64,000 nucleotides of DNA from Candidatus Chazhemtobacterium aquaticus. Its GTDB lineage: Bacteria; Patescibacteriota; Microgenomatia; UBA1400; Chazhemtobacteraceae. Positions within the stretch are counted from its first letter, which is position 1. Each line of letters opens with the position of its first letter. The stretch covers positions 631,927 to 695,926 of the forward strand of contig NZ_CP047901.1 of NCBI RefSeq assembly GCF_009936135.1, read 5' to 3'. Positions 1-10,115 of the stretch are shown here, piece by piece. A program made the translations under genes and the position numbers. A model generated the notes under the pieces. It ran no database searches. It worked only from the letters and a program-made list of their open reading frames with translations, and had not been told where the DNA came from.

Positions 1-835
1 TTGATTTAACCTTTTCAAAATTCTCCTTTATCTCCTCGTCTGCAATTGCCTCAACATACTCCTTAGCTATACCAACTCTCACTCCCTCAAGACCTTTTTT
101 TGAAAAACCCTCAAACTCATATTTCCTAGCTGCCCGAGTGGTCGCATCCCTTTCATCAGCTCCTGCAGTTACCCCCAGAACCAAAGCCGCATCCTCAACC
201 GAGTTAGTAAAATGTCCCATACTATCAAGCGAACTAGCCATGGCAATCACCCCATAACGACTCACTCTCCCATAGCTTGGCTTAAAACCAACCACACCCA
301 CAAAGTTTGCCGGTTGCCTAATCGATCCTCCAGTATCCGTTCCCATAGCCAGGGGCACCATTCCTGCCGCTACTGCCACCGCTGAACCTGAAGAACTACC
401 CCCCGGCACATACTCCTCGTTACTAGGATTAAGACTCGGCCCAAAATCAGAGTTTTCACCACTAGCTCCATGAGCCCAGGCGTCCTGGTTTGTTTTACCC
501 ACTATCACTGCTCCAGCTTCCTCTAATTTCTCAACCACACTGGAAGAGTAGGGGGGAACATACTCCTCAAGCAACTTGGCTCCTGCTGTTGTTCTAATCC
601 CTTTTGTCAGATACATATCCTTTAACGCCACAGGCACTCCAAAAAGCGGCAGACTCCGATCTCCATTTTTCTCAAGCCACGCGGCTCTCTTTAATGCCTC
701 ATCCTCAACTAGAGTAATAAAGGCATTAAGTTTTTCTTTGTCCTTGATTATCTTCAAGCTCTCGCTCACCACCTCGGTCACTGACTTTGTACCATCCACC
801 AACTCCTTTCGAGTTTCTACAATTGTCTTACTCAT
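1..835 (-). CDS. gatA: Glutamyl-tRNA(Gln)/aspartyl-tRNA(Asn) amidotransferase subunit A (GatA), partial: N-terminus at 835, C-terminus beyond the window edge
   Basis: Minus-strand translation from the ATG at 835 reads MSKTIVETRKELVDG...GGSSSGSAVAVAAGMVPLAMGTDTGGSIRQPA, which carries the amidase signature GGSSGG plus the Ser-cisSer-Lys region. It overlaps gatC by 8 nt, the usual gatCA arrangement. It is absent from the ORF track because it runs off the window edge. Confidence 0.85.
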   Translation of the reverse strand, partial: MSKTIVETRKELVDGTKSVTEVVSESLKIIKDKEKLNAFITLVEDEALKRAAWLEKNGDRSLPLFGVPVALKDMYLTKGIRTTAGAKLLEEYVPPYSSSVVEKLEEAGAVIVGKTNQDAWAHGASGENSDFGPSLNPSNEEYVPGGSSSGSAVAVAAGMVPLAMGTDTGGSIRQPANFVGVVGFKPSYGRVSRYGVIAMASSLDSMGHFTNSVEDAALVLGVTAGADERDATTRAARKYEFEGFSKKGLEGVRVGIAKEYVEAIADEEIKENFEKVKS

Positions 836-1136
836 CGCCACCTCCCAACACTGCTTTTACCATTACATAACCATCTTTTTTTACGGGTACCTGACTCATC
901 GCCTCACTATGATCAAGACCTTCTCTTGTATTATCTTCATCAAATACATTCACCAAACCAGTTACCTGATTAGTTTCCTCAACCTCATCAAGCTCTAAGC
1001 TAGAAAGCTGGCCCACGTAATTAAGAATCTCGCCTAACTGGGTTGCGTATTCATCTGCCTCACCTTCAGCCAATTCAAGCTTGCTCAACTCAAACAAATG
1101 CGCTAGTTCCTTTTCCGATAATTTCTTCTGCTTCAC
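828..1136 (-). CDS. gatC: Asp-tRNA(Asn)/Glu-tRNA(Gln) amidotransferase subunit C
   Basis: A 102 aa acidic protein (MKQKKLSEKELAHLFELSKLELAEGE...) of typical GatC size, sitting directly upstream of and overlapping gatA. Confidence 0.8.
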   Translation of the reverse strand: MKQKKLSEKELAHLFELSKLELAEGEADEYATQLGEILNYVGQLSSLELDEVEETNQVTGLVNVFDEDNTREGLDHSEAMSQVPVKKDGYVMVKAVLGGGDE

Positions 1137-1146
1137 AGCAGTTATT

Positions 1147-3309
1147 TTACCCTACTTTTATCTCCACTCCATCACCCACAACCTCTATTCTCACCTTACT
1201 CCCCGGCATTATCTTATCCTCCAGTAAATTCATAGCCAACTCATCCTCAATTTGACTCTGAATCAATCTCTTTAAAGGTCTGGCTCCAAAGTTTCGGTCA
1301 TAGCCTTTACGAGCCAAAAAAGCTACTAGAGACTCACCGTACTCAATCTCAATCTCTTGCTGCTCAAGCCGCCCCTCCAACCGCTTAAGCTGGATTGTGA
1401 CCACCTTCTCCATGTCCTTCTCACTTAAAGGCTCAAATATAATCATCTGATCCAATCTGTTGATAAACTCAGGTCGGAAATGACTTTGTACCTTAGCCCA
1501 AACCTTCTCCTCCATCTCCTTGTCATAATCTTCATTCATCCTCGCAATCTCCTCACTAGCCAAATTGCTGGTCATTACCAACACTGTATTGCGAAAATCA
1601 ACTGTTCTTCCCTTACCATCAGTCAGTCTACCCTCATCAAATACCTGCAACAACACGTTATATACCTGATCATGGGCTTTCTCAATCTCATCAAACAACA
1701 CCACACTATATGGCCTTCTTCGTACTGCCTCAGTCAGCTGTCCACCCTCGTCATAGCCAATATAACCGGGAGGGGCGCCAATCAACCGAGCCACCGAATG
1801 CTGCTCCATATACTCACTCATATCAATCCTTACCATAGCTGACTCATCATTAAACAAAGCAGCAGCCAAAGCCTTAGCCGTCTCGGTCTTACCCACACCC
1901 GTTGGGCCCAAAAACAAAAAGCTAGCAATTGGTCTGTTTTCATCTGCAATTCCAGCCCTAGATCTGCGCACCGCTCTAGCTACCGCCGATACCGCCTCAT
2001 CCTGACCCACCACCCGTTTTGACATCTCATTTTCCAAATCAATCAATCTTTCTTGTTCACTCTTAATCAATCGAGTAACCGGAATACCAGTCCAGCGTGA
2101 CACCACCAAGGCTACATCCTCCTCGCTTACCTCAAGTCGCAAGACTCGATCCTCAACCGGGATCTTTAACCACTCATCTTGGCTTTCCTTCAACTCCTTC
2201 TCCAGTCTAGGTAACTCGCCATACTTAATCTCAGCCGCCTTATCCAAATTAACCTCCCGTTCTGCCTTTTCTAGCCTCGCCCTAGCCTCATCAATCTTAC
2301 CCTGCAACTCACTTACCTTCTCAACCAAGGTCTTCTGTTCCTGCCACTTTGCTTCCATCTCCTTTTCTTCTTTCTTTTTCTCCTCAATATCCTTTTGCAA
2401 CTGCTCAGCTCGCTGCTTAGCCGACTCCGATTTTTCCTTTTTTAAAGCCTGCAACTCAATCTCCATCTGAGTGATCTTGCGTTTAAGCAAATCAAGCTCA
2501 GCTGGCATCGACTCAATCTCGATTTTAAGACCAGAAGCCGCCTCATCAATCAAATCAATAGCTTTATCCGGCAAAAACCGGTCTGCAATATACCTAACCG
2601 ACAATCTACCAGCCGCAATCAAAGCATCATCTGAAATTCTAAGTCCATGATGAACCTCATACTTCTCCTTTAAACCTCGCAGAATTGCGATCGTATCCTC
2701 CAAACTCGGCTCATCCACCATCACTGGCTGGAATCTTCTCTCCAAAGCCGCATCCTTCTCAATATATTTCCGATACTCATTAATGGTCGTTGCTCCAATC
2801 ATATGAAGAGCTCCTCTTGCCAACGCCGGCTTTAATATATTGGCTGCATCAACCGAACCTTCAGCCGAACCTGCCCCCACCAAGGTGTGCAGCTCATCGA
2901 TAAATAACACATACTGACCAGCCGCATCCTCAACCTTCTTAACAATAGCCTTCAATCTCTCCTCAAACTCGCCTCTGAACTTAGCTCCTGCCAACACCGA
3001 TGCGATATCAAGCATCAAAAGATCCTTATTCTTCAGGCTCTCAGGCACATCACCGGCCGCAATTCTTATAGCCAATCCCTCTACCAAAGCCGTCTTACCC
3101 ACACCAGGATCACCCACCAATACCGGATTATTCTTCGTTCTTCTACTTAAAACCTGCATCATCCGCCTAATCTCCTTATCTCTTCCAATCACCGGGTCAA
3201 GCCTTGACTCTCTCGCTTTCTCAGTCAAGTTAATGGTGAACTTCTCCAGTGCCTTTTCAGGATCAACTGGCTTTAAAAAATCAGGCAAGTTATTGTTATC
3301 CATAACCAA
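1147..3309 (-). CDS. clpB: ClpB-type AAA+ disaggregase (two nucleotide-binding domains plus a coiled-coil middle domain), lacking the canonical N-terminal domain
   Basis: 720 aa with two Walker A motifs (GDPGVGKT and GPTGVGKT) and a long coiled-coil M-domain ([43 protein letters not shown]) between them. The protein starts near the NBD1 linker, so the N-domain is missing. Confidence 0.85.
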   Translation of the reverse strand: MVMDNNNLPDFLKPVDPEKALEKFTINLTEKARESRLDPVIGRDKEIRRMMQVLSRRTKNNPVLVGDPGVGKTALVEGLAIRIAAGDVPESLKNKDLLMLDIASVLAGAKFRGEFEERLKAIVKKVEDAAGQYVLFIDELHTLVGAGSAEGSVDAANILKPALARGALHMIGATTINEYRKYIEKDAALERRFQPVMVDEPSLEDTIAILRGLKEKYEVHHGLRISDDALIAAGRLSVRYIADRFLPDKAIDLIDEAASGLKIEIESMPAELDLLKRKITQMEIELQALKKEKSESAKQRAEQLQKDIEEKKKEEKEMEAKWQEQKTLVEKVSELQGKIDEARARLEKAEREVNLDKAAEIKYGELPRLEKELKESQDEWLKIPVEDRVLRLEVSEEDVALVVSRWTGIPVTRLIKSEQERLIDLENEMSKRVVGQDEAVSAVARAVRRSRAGIADENRPIASFLFLGPTGVGKTETAKALAAALFNDESAMVRIDMSEYMEQHSVARLIGAPPGYIGYDEGGQLTEAVRRRPYSVVLFDEIEKAHDQVYNVLLQVFDEGRLTDGKGRTVDFRNTVLVMTSNLASEEIARMNEDYDKEMEEKVWAKVQSHFRPEFINRLDQMIIFEPLSEKDMEKVVTIQLKRLEGRLEQQEIEIEYGESLVAFLARKGYDRNFGARPLKRLIQSQIEDELAMNLLEDKIMPGSKVRIEVVGDGVEIKVG

Positions 3310-3358
3310 TATTTAACCTCTAGTTAGCAATCATGTCAACCGTCTGCTAACCATTCAG

Positions 3359-3934
3359 CTAGTCACTAAGTACAAAACCCTTAGCCTGACCAAGACTCAC
3401 AAACCCGCTCATATCAAGAACCGTCTTATCAATCCTACTTCCTTCAAAATTAACTCCTGCAAGTTGCGCTTCGCTAAAATTGGCCTCACTTAAATCACAA
3501 CCCTCAAACACACACCTCTCCAACTTAGCTCCTCTAAAATCAGCTTCGTTAAGCCTGCACTTCATAAATATTGCCGAAGACAGATCAGCCTTCACAAAGC
3601 TTGTTTTGCGCATATCCATCCACTCAAGTTTCTCATCACTTTTTCTAAGTTGCCTAAATACCGTACCCTCAGCCACCACCTCGTCAAACTTAACACCCTT
3701 AAAATATCCCACCGACAAATCAAGGTTACTAATCCGACTACCCTGAAAATCAACATCAATAAAGCCACTGTCCTGAATTATCACACCGCTAAAATCACAC
3801 TCTTTAAACAAACATTTCTCAAAACTACTTAGCTTCAACTCAACCCCAGCAAACCGCAAATTCAAGAATGAATCATTCACCAACCTGACCCCAACAAGCT
3901 GTTTCTCTCCTATATGTTTAGACTTCCAGATCAC
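3359..3934 (-). CDS. Pentapeptide-repeat protein
   Basis: 191 aa built from repeated A(D/N)(L/F)xx pentapeptides, for example ADFRGAKLERCVFEGCDLSEANFSEAQLAGVNFEGSRID. Confidence 0.75.
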   Translation of the reverse strand: MIWKSKHIGEKQLVGVRLVNDSFLNLRFAGVELKLSSFEKCLFKECDFSGVIIQDSGFIDVDFQGSRISNLDLSVGYFKGVKFDEVVAEGTVFRQLRKSDEKLEWMDMRKTSFVKADLSSAIFMKCRLNEADFRGAKLERCVFEGCDLSEANFSEAQLAGVNFEGSRIDKTVLDMSGFVSLGQAKGFVLSD

Positions 3935-4836
3935 GCCCGTAATGCTGCAATTCGCTCCTCCACTGGTGGGTGAGTGTTAAACAAACCTGCAAACCAACCT
4001 ATAGCATCATGACGGTTCTTTAATGGATCACTAATATACAAATGAGCCGTTGCCTTATTAGCTGCTTCCAACGGTTCACTGTCTTTAGATATTTTCTCCA
4101 ATGCTCTAGCTAAGCCCTCAGGATATCTAGTTAGCTTAGCCGCCTCAGCATCAGCCAAAAACTCTCTTCTTCGTGAGATAGCTAACTTGATCAAGTTAGC
4201 AACCAAGGGAGCCAGTAGTGCCAGCAAAATACCCACAATCATTAATATCGCCTGCAGCTGATTATTCCCCTCATTATCTCTCTTTCTGCCCCCACCCCAA
4301 GCACTAATTCGTAAAAACCAATCAGCTAATAAGGCTACCAAACCTACTAAAATAGCCACCACTCCCATCAATCTAATGTCATAGTTCTTAACATGTGCCA
4401 ACTCATGAGCTACCACCCCCTCCAGTTCTGATCTATCAAGCCGGTCAAGCAAACCTGTTGTGGCTACTACCACCGCATGGTCAGGGTCTCTTCCCGTGGC
4501 AAAGGCGTTCATAGCCGTATCCTCGATCACATATAGCCTTGGCTTGGGTAATCTAGCCGCCATAGCCAAGTTCTCAGCCACGGTATAGAACTCAAAGTCC
4601 CTGTCCCGGTCAGCCTCTCTTGCTCCAGATAAAGACAAGATAATCTTGTCAGACCAGTAATACGAAGCAAAACTCATCACTCCAGACAGAATCAAGGCTA
4701 TCCCAACCATATCCAGACCATAACCTAATGCCTGGCTAAACACATACGCCACTGCCGCCACAAAAACAATAAACCCGAGCACAACCAGAGCACTCTTCCG
4801 CTTATTTACCTCAACTCTTTCGTAGACGTTAATCAT
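3931..4836 (-). CDS. htpX: Zinc metalloprotease HtpX (M48 family)
   Basis: N-terminal transmembrane helices and the HEXXH motif (HELAHVKNYD); the layout and size match HtpX. Adjacent to lemA, as is common. Confidence 0.8.
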   Translation of the reverse strand: MINVYERVEVNKRKSALVVLGFIVFVAAVAYVFSQALGYGLDMVGIALILSGVMSFASYYWSDKIILSLSGAREADRDRDFEFYTVAENLAMAARLPKPRLYVIEDTAMNAFATGRDPDHAVVVATTGLLDRLDRSELEGVVAHELAHVKNYDIRLMGVVAILVGLVALLADWFLRISAWGGGRKRDNEGNNQLQAILMIVGILLALLAPLVANLIKLAISRRREFLADAEAAKLTRYPEGLARALEKISKDSEPLEAANKATAHLYISDPLKNRHDAIGWFAGLFNTHPPVEERIAALRA

Positions 4837-4870
4837 TTACCTAAAACCAGACTAGGTTTAAAAACAAAAA

Positions 4871-5473
4871 TTACAAGCTAATCTTTGGCCCCTTAGTCTC
4901 AGCCTCACTCACAGACAAGTGAGCTCCCTTATCAGGTGTGGTTAAACCAGCCTGTTTAGCCATGCCAAACAGCTTGGCTACCATATTTGATGGGAAACTT
5001 ACCACCATCTGATTAAAGTCCTGAACCAGGTCAATAAGAGTTCTTCTTGAGTACATCACTTTGTCAGCCGTATCTCGAAGTTCGTTCATGAGCTTGGTTA
5101 CCACCTCAGCTCCCTTAATCTCAGGGTTACTCTCAACCAACACCTGTAATTTGGGCAAAACCTGGCTCAACTTACTCTGAGCTGACTCAATCGCTTTAGC
5201 GGAGTTAGACTTCACTGCTTCATCCACCGCTTTTCTAGCATCCGTTAGCTGCTCAAAAATCTTAGTCTCATGCTTTAAATATCCCTTAGCTGATGCCTCC
5301 AGGTTGGGGATCATCTCAGCTTGTCTCTTTAGCTGGTTACCAATTTCCTGGATACTAGCCTCAATCTGGGTTCTCATACCCACAAACCGGTTATATGTCG
5401 AAATCAAATACAAACCAAGTAATAATCCACCACCAAGCAAAATGTATAGCACAGGCATGTTTACATAAATCAA
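4871..5473 (-). CDS. lemA: LemA family membrane protein
   Basis: N-terminal transmembrane helix followed by the YNRFVGMRTQIEASIQEIGNQLKRQAEMIPNL motif characteristic of LemA. Confidence 0.75.
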   Translation of the reverse strand: MIYVNMPVLYILLGGGLLLGLYLISTYNRFVGMRTQIEASIQEIGNQLKRQAEMIPNLEASAKGYLKHETKIFEQLTDARKAVDEAVKSNSAKAIESAQSKLSQVLPKLQVLVESNPEIKGAEVVTKLMNELRDTADKVMYSRRTLIDLVQDFNQMVVSFPSNMVAKLFGMAKQAGLTTPDKGAHLSVSEAETKGPKISL

Positions 5474-5503
5474 TTACTAACCATAAACATCATACCACCA
5501 ACC

Positions 5504-7270
5504 TCAAGACTCAATCCATTTTTCTACTCTCTTATATGGCCAGGTATTGATGATGTTACTAGCCTCAGCCCAACCACGTCTTGCCACACCCACACCGTAC
5601 CTCATACCCTTCATAGAGCTTGCTTCATGAGCATCTGTGTTAATCACTAGCAAAACCCCCGTCTTTACTGCCTGACGTACCAACATATCCGGTAAATCCA
5701 GTCTCTCAGGGCTCGAGTTTATCTCAACCGCAATCCTTTTTCTTCTACACTCCTCGAAGACTCTCTCCCAGTCATAATCCAAACCCTCACGCTTATTAAG
5801 CATCCTTCCCGTCGGATGACCAAAAATTTTAACCCTAGGATGATCAAAGGCTCTAAGCACTCTTTCCGTCGCCTCCTCTTTGCTTTGTCTAAAACTGGCA
5901 TGAATCGAGACCACTGCATAATCAAGTAAACCCAAAACCTCATCACTCACTGCCAGTCGTCCATCAGGCCGGATATCTACCTCCATTCCTTTAAATATTT
6001 TCACACTACTTTCACTTGAAGCTATTTCTTTATCAATAGCCTCATTTCTTTTCTTAACTACCTTAACTCGAGCAGATTCGCTTAATCCCTTCATTTTTGG
6101 GTTATGGTCACTCAAACCAATATACTCATAACCCAAACTTTCAGCCATGTTAAGAAGTTCACTAACACTGCTCATACCCATATCATGGCTAGTTTCGATC
6201 TCAATATTAGTATGCATATGAAGGTCACCTTTGATATCTTTTAATTCAACTAAATCAGGTAACCCACCCTTAATCGAAGCCTCAATCTCACCACTGTCTT
6301 CTCTTAACTCAGGGGGAATATATTTTAAGCCCAAGGCCTCGTAGAACTCGTTCTCACCAGCATACTTAAATAACTTGCCACCCTTTTTGATTCCATGCTC
6401 AGACAAAGACATTTTTTTCTCAAGCGCCAGTTTACGCAAATGGATGTTGTGTAACTTACTACCCGTGTAGTGCTGCAACATCGACCCCCAGCGATCCTTA
6501 CTCTGAGTCTTTACATCCACCTGCCGACCAGAGGAATGGATAAACATGGTCGTTTTTGAACCAGTCGAGAGTACCTTCTTAATACCTTTAAACTTAAGTA
6601 AGTACTCCATTAACTCAGTTGGCTTATCTGTCATCACTGCCAAGTCAATATCTCCAACAGTCGCAGCCCTCCTTCGCAAACTTCCCAACACCTCAATCTT
6701 TTCACACAGTCCGCTCGATCTTAAATACTCAACCACCTCCTCAGCAATTGCTTCAGCCTCAGGTAGCAACAACCTATCTGATCCACTCTGTACCGAGCCA
6801 ATCGCTTTAAGTAGTTCATCCTCAGTCTTTTCTCCAAACCCTTGAAGTTCCTTAATTTTTCCTGCCAATATCTGTCTCCTCAACCTATCTATAGCCGTCT
6901 TTTCATCTTTAAGATCAAACTCACTCGCCAGTTTATATGCTGTCTTAGCTCCTACTCCCTCAAGTTTCATCAACTCAAACATACCCAGAGGCAAGCCCTT
7001 TACCTCTTGCTCAAAATGTTTAACCCTACCGGTTCTAATCAATTCATCCAGATGTTGTGCCAAACTTGGTCCCACACCTGGAATCTCCTCCAATTTGTCT
7101 GCGTCCCAAACATCCTTTAATTGACTGCTCAAATGTTCAATACTTGCCGCTGCATTCTTATATGCTCTTACTCTGAAAAAATCCTCATCCTTGATCTCAA
7201 AGGCTGCCGCCACCATCTCCAACAAATCAGCCACCTCCTTGTTACTCATCCCTTTCTTCATCCCCAACAT
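5504..7270 (-). CDS. polX: DNA polymerase X family protein (Pol beta-like nucleotidyltransferase plus PHP phosphoesterase domain)
   Basis: 588 aa. N-terminal HhH region (GVGPSLAQHLDE, EGVGAKTAYKL) and a Pol beta palm (DIDLAV), followed by a C-terminal PHP domain with His-rich motifs (DLHMHTN, HNP). Confidence 0.75.
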   Translation of the reverse strand: MLGMKKGMSNKEVADLLEMVAAAFEIKDEDFFRVRAYKNAAASIEHLSSQLKDVWDADKLEEIPGVGPSLAQHLDELIRTGRVKHFEQEVKGLPLGMFELMKLEGVGAKTAYKLASEFDLKDEKTAIDRLRRQILAGKIKELQGFGEKTEDELLKAIGSVQSGSDRLLLPEAEAIAEEVVEYLRSSGLCEKIEVLGSLRRRAATVGDIDLAVMTDKPTELMEYLLKFKGIKKVLSTGSKTTMFIHSSGRQVDVKTQSKDRWGSMLQHYTGSKLHNIHLRKLALEKKMSLSEHGIKKGGKLFKYAGENEFYEALGLKYIPPELREDSGEIEASIKGGLPDLVELKDIKGDLHMHTNIEIETSHDMGMSSVSELLNMAESLGYEYIGLSDHNPKMKGLSESARVKVVKKRNEAIDKEIASSESSVKIFKGMEVDIRPDGRLAVSDEVLGLLDYAVVSIHASFRQSKEEATERVLRAFDHPRVKIFGHPTGRMLNKREGLDYDWERVFEECRRKRIAVEINSSPERLDLPDMLVRQAVKTGVLLVINTDAHEASSMKGMRYGVGVARRGWAEASNIINTWPYKRVEKWIES

Positions 7271-7322
7271 ATACTGATCATACCAACATCACCAAACAAA
7301 CCAACCAAACTAGAAATCTCTG

Positions 7323-7397
7323 CGGGGCTGACGGGGCTCGAACCCGCGACCTTCTCCGTGACAGGGAGACACTCTGACCAAACTGAGCTACAGCCCC
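7323..7397 (-). tRNA. tRNA-Asp (anticodon GTC)
   Basis: Reverse complement GGGGCTGTAGCTCAGTTTGGTCAGAGTGTCTCCCTGTCACGGAGAAGGTCGCGGGTTCGAGCCCCGTCAGCCCCG folds as a cloverleaf with anticodon loop CTGTCAC. CCA is not encoded. Confidence 0.9.
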
Positions 7398-7539
7398 AGA
7401 CTAGCCATATTTTACCAGATTTATTCCCAAAAGAGATATCTTTTTCAAGCCATATTATTAATCAAAACTTGAAATTTACACTATTCTATCCTATAGCACA
7501 TACATTGCTCGTTGCATATATTCCGAAAGGAAAAACAGA

Positions 7540-7791
7540 ATGGCAATCACCATCACGGGGGCAATGCTTTTCATTATTGCTCTCGCCATCTACCGTTTGA
7601 CCGTGACTGACTGGGCGATACAGCGCCTTTCCAAAAATGGCGTTGTCCAAGGAACCTTTAACGCAATCCTTGTGACTCTCATCTCCATCGCTCTCGGAGT
7701 CCTCGGCCTGCTCGTTCTGTTTGTCGGCCTCGTGTCGAAGTCCTGCTTTATTCAGACAGCCAAGCCAATTGGCGACCCAATTATACTCTAA
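7540..7791 (+). CDS. Small hydrophobic membrane protein (two predicted transmembrane helices), hypothetical
   Basis: 83 aa ORF with its own TTGAAA-N17-TATAGC promoter (7467-7500), a moderate SD (aaagga) and a downstream hairpin ggcgac/gtcgcc followed by T8 (7770-7812). Its GC content and G/C-ending codons are atypical for this genome. Confidence 0.5.
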   Translation: MAITITGAMLFIIALAIYRLTVTDWAIQRLSKNGVVQGTFNAILVTLISIALGVLGLLVLFVGLVSKSCFIQTAKPIGDPIIL

Positions 7792-7894
7792 AAGAGTCGC
7801 CTTTTTTTTACCAAAATCCTTACTTGACTAGCAATAATTTTCTGTATAGGATGACTTGTAAATAATCTAAACAAGATATCAATTAGCTTTATCT

Positions 7895-8512
7895 ATGGAC
7901 AGCCGACTAAAAAACACTCTCAAGACACTTAAATTAAACGAAGACACCATCAGCACCTTACTCGGCGCCATTGTAGTAGTCGTTATCGGCCTTCTTGTTT
8001 TCAACTATTTCCGTTCCCTTAATCCTCAAGGACAAATCACTGACCAAGCAGCTCTGGAAGACGATGGTCAAACTGCTACTCCAGGCCAAGTCAAGTTAGT
8101 CGAAGAAGAAGATGGACAGATGGTTCCCGAAGGTCTTCCCACCACCTACACCGTCAAACAAGGTGACCACCTCTGGAGCATTGCCGAAAGCTTTTACAAC
8201 TCCGGTTACAACTGGACTGATATCGCTTCTGTTAACCATCTAGACAACCCCGGCCAGATTGAGGTTGGTCAGCAGCTTACTATCCCCAAAGTAGCCGTCA
8301 AGGTCGCCACCGTTTCTCAAGAGCAAACGACCAACAATACCATTGAAGGGAACACCTACACCGTTGTTAAGGGTGATCACCTCTGGGACATTGCCCTACG
8401 CGCTTACGGTGATGGTTTCCGCTGGACTGACATCTATCAAGCCAACCAAGACCTCATCGGCCCTAATCCCGGTCTAATCGAGGTCGACATGAATCTCACT
8501 ATTCCTCGCTAA
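7895..8512 (+). CDS. LysM-domain protein (two LysM repeats) with N-terminal membrane anchor
   Basis: Two copies of the LysM consensus: TYTVKQGDHLWSIAESFYNSGYNWTDIASVNHLDNPGQIEVGQQLTIP and TYTVVKGDHLWDIALRAYGDGFRWTDIYQANQDLIGPNPGLIEVDMNLTIP. Confidence 0.85.
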   Translation: MDSRLKNTLKTLKLNEDTISTLLGAIVVVVIGLLVFNYFRSLNPQGQITDQAALEDDGQTATPGQVKLVEEEDGQMVPEGLPTTYTVKQGDHLWSIAESFYNSGYNWTDIASVNHLDNPGQIEVGQQLTIPKVAVKVATVSQEQTTNNTIEGNTYTVVKGDHLWDIALRAYGDGFRWTDIYQANQDLIGPNPGLIEVDMNLTIPR

Positions 8513-8568
8513 CCCCTTTTTCTTCCCCACCAGGTAAAATATCCATATATTAAGACGTTTGTCTTGCT

Positions 8569-8640
8569 GCCTCCTTAGCTTAGTGGCAAAGCAGCGGTAT
8601 CGTAAACCGCGGACGTCAGTTCGATTCTGACAGGGGGCTC
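8569..8640 (+). tRNA. tRNA-Thr (anticodon CGT)
   Basis: GCCTCCTTAGCTTAGTGGCAAAGCAGCGGTATCGTAAACCGCGGACGTCAGTTCGATTCTGACAGGGGGCT. The acceptor stem GCCTCCT/AGGGGGC pairs, and the anticodon loop is ATCGTAA. Confidence 0.85.
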
Positions 8641-9091
8641 AAACCACACTTTGCATTCTTCTCTCTGCCTCTGACTTACCATACAACTGGCTTAACACCT
8701 CCATCTCGTCCGTCTCATCCAAAACCCTGATACCCCGATCCTTTAACTCCACTATCTCTTCAGCGCTTAACTTCATACACTCCCTATACAAACACTCAAT
8801 CGCTTTTACATCATCATCTCCCGCAACCCGGTTCTTCTTTACCTCACCGCAAACCATACATTTATGTATGATCATCAACTCGCCAGTCTTATCCTGTTCC
8901 TGTTTAAAGGTCAATCCAACCGGTTTCATCATTCCACCACACGAAGCGGCTCTATCTCCTGGTGTCTGACCATCCAAGTGCTTTGACCATAGACAAAACG
9001 GGCAATGATTTCGGTGGGCTGTTCCCAGACTCTCTCCCTTAATCTCTTTGCCACACTGCTCACACACAAAGTTTTGTTCGTTCATATCCAA
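8639..9091 (-). CDS. RNHCP-domain zinc-finger protein, hypothetical
   Basis: 150 aa with multiple CxxC pairs and the literal RNHCPFC motif (…TAHRNHCPFCLWSKH…). The stop codon abuts the tRNA-Thr 3' end. Confidence 0.7.
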   Translation of the reverse strand: MDMNEQNFVCEQCGKEIKGESLGTAHRNHCPFCLWSKHLDGQTPGDRAASCGGMMKPVGLTFKQEQDKTGELMIIHKCMVCGEVKKNRVAGDDDVKAIECLYRECMKLSAEEIVELKDRGIRVLDETDEMEVLSQLYGKSEAERRMQSVV

Positions 9092-9156
9092 CTTTTATTA
9101 TACCCATTTATACAAACAAGCCATCAAATTATCAAAATTAGTGTATAATCCTGGCC

Positions 9157-10053
9157 ATGACTGAAAAGACGGCCATTGCGCTTAAAACCGAATCCCACCA
9201 AGACAGCACTATCGTTATTACTGCAACGATTGATGCCAATCTAGTTGCCAAACACCAAAATGACTCCATGCTTCACTTAGGTCACGATCTTACCATCAAG
9301 GGTTTTCGTCGTGGCAAAGCTCCTTTAAACGTCCTAAAAGAACACCTCGATCCTCAAAAGGTCACCAACCACACCCTTGAACACATTTTTCCAGAAATTA
9401 TCAAGGAGGTTTTCAAACAGCATCAACTAAAAATCATTGGCAACCCCACCTTAACCGCCGTGACCACTCCAGACCAAGCCCCCTGGACCGTTACTCTTTC
9501 TTTTCCTCTTCTTCCAGAGTTTGAAATCAAAGGATACCAGGACAAACTTAAAAAAGCCTTCAAAGACCTTGAAGCCAAAACTAAAAAGGATGCCAACTCT
9601 AAAACTAAATCCGATGACAAAACTCAAACTCCAAAAGATCCTCAATCAGAAAAACTCACCGCCTTACTCGATACCCTACTTAAGGAAATCGAGCTAACCG
9701 TTCCCGAGTCTCTTATAACCCAAGAAGTTAACCAGTCCTTGGTTCGTCTTTATGACCACACTCAGGCTCTGGGAATCACCGTCGACCAGTACCTAAAATC
9801 ACTTGGTAAAACTGCCGAGCAGATCAAACAAGACTATCACCAAGCCGCAACCGAAAATCTAAAAATCGAGTTTATCCTAGACCGCATTGCCACCGATCTT
9901 GATATTGCAGTAAATGACGACGAAATCACTGACATGATCAATGCCTCCGGTGATCAACAGGCCAAAGACCAACTCAATCATCCCGAACAAAGAGCCTACG
10001 TCAAGGGTATTATCAAGAAACGAAAAACCATTGACGCTCTTCTCAATCTTTAG
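9157..10053 (+). CDS. tig: Trigger factor-like chaperone (short form, ribosome-binding N-domain, no PPIase domain)
   Basis: The N-terminal region carries the TF signature GFRRGKAP (compare GFRxGKxP in the ribosome-binding domain). An extended -10 (tgtgtataat, 9137-9145) lies about 12 nt upstream of the ATG, and there is no SD. Confidence 0.6.
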   Translation: MTEKTAIALKTESHQDSTIVITATIDANLVAKHQNDSMLHLGHDLTIKGFRRGKAPLNVLKEHLDPQKVTNHTLEHIFPEIIKEVFKQHQLKIIGNPTLTAVTTPDQAPWTVTLSFPLLPEFEIKGYQDKLKKAFKDLEAKTKKDANSKTKSDDKTQTPKDPQSEKLTALLDTLLKEIELTVPESLITQEVNQSLVRLYDHTQALGITVDQYLKSLGKTAEQIKQDYHQAATENLKIEFILDRIATDLDIAVNDDEITDMINASGDQQAKDQLNHPEQRAYVKGIIKKRKTIDALLNL

Positions 10054-10115
10054 TAACATACAGCCAGCCCTATAACCCTATATAACAAAGGCCTGTCTGT
10101 TATCTTACTTAAGAT

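Noticed and set aside
576-998. Plus-strand 140 aa ORF across the gatA/gatC region, and the similar antisense ORFs 1043-1255 and 1480-1842.
   Set aside because: They lie antisense to well-supported gatA, gatC and clpB coding sequence and have low-complexity, stop-poor composition typical of shadow ORFs.
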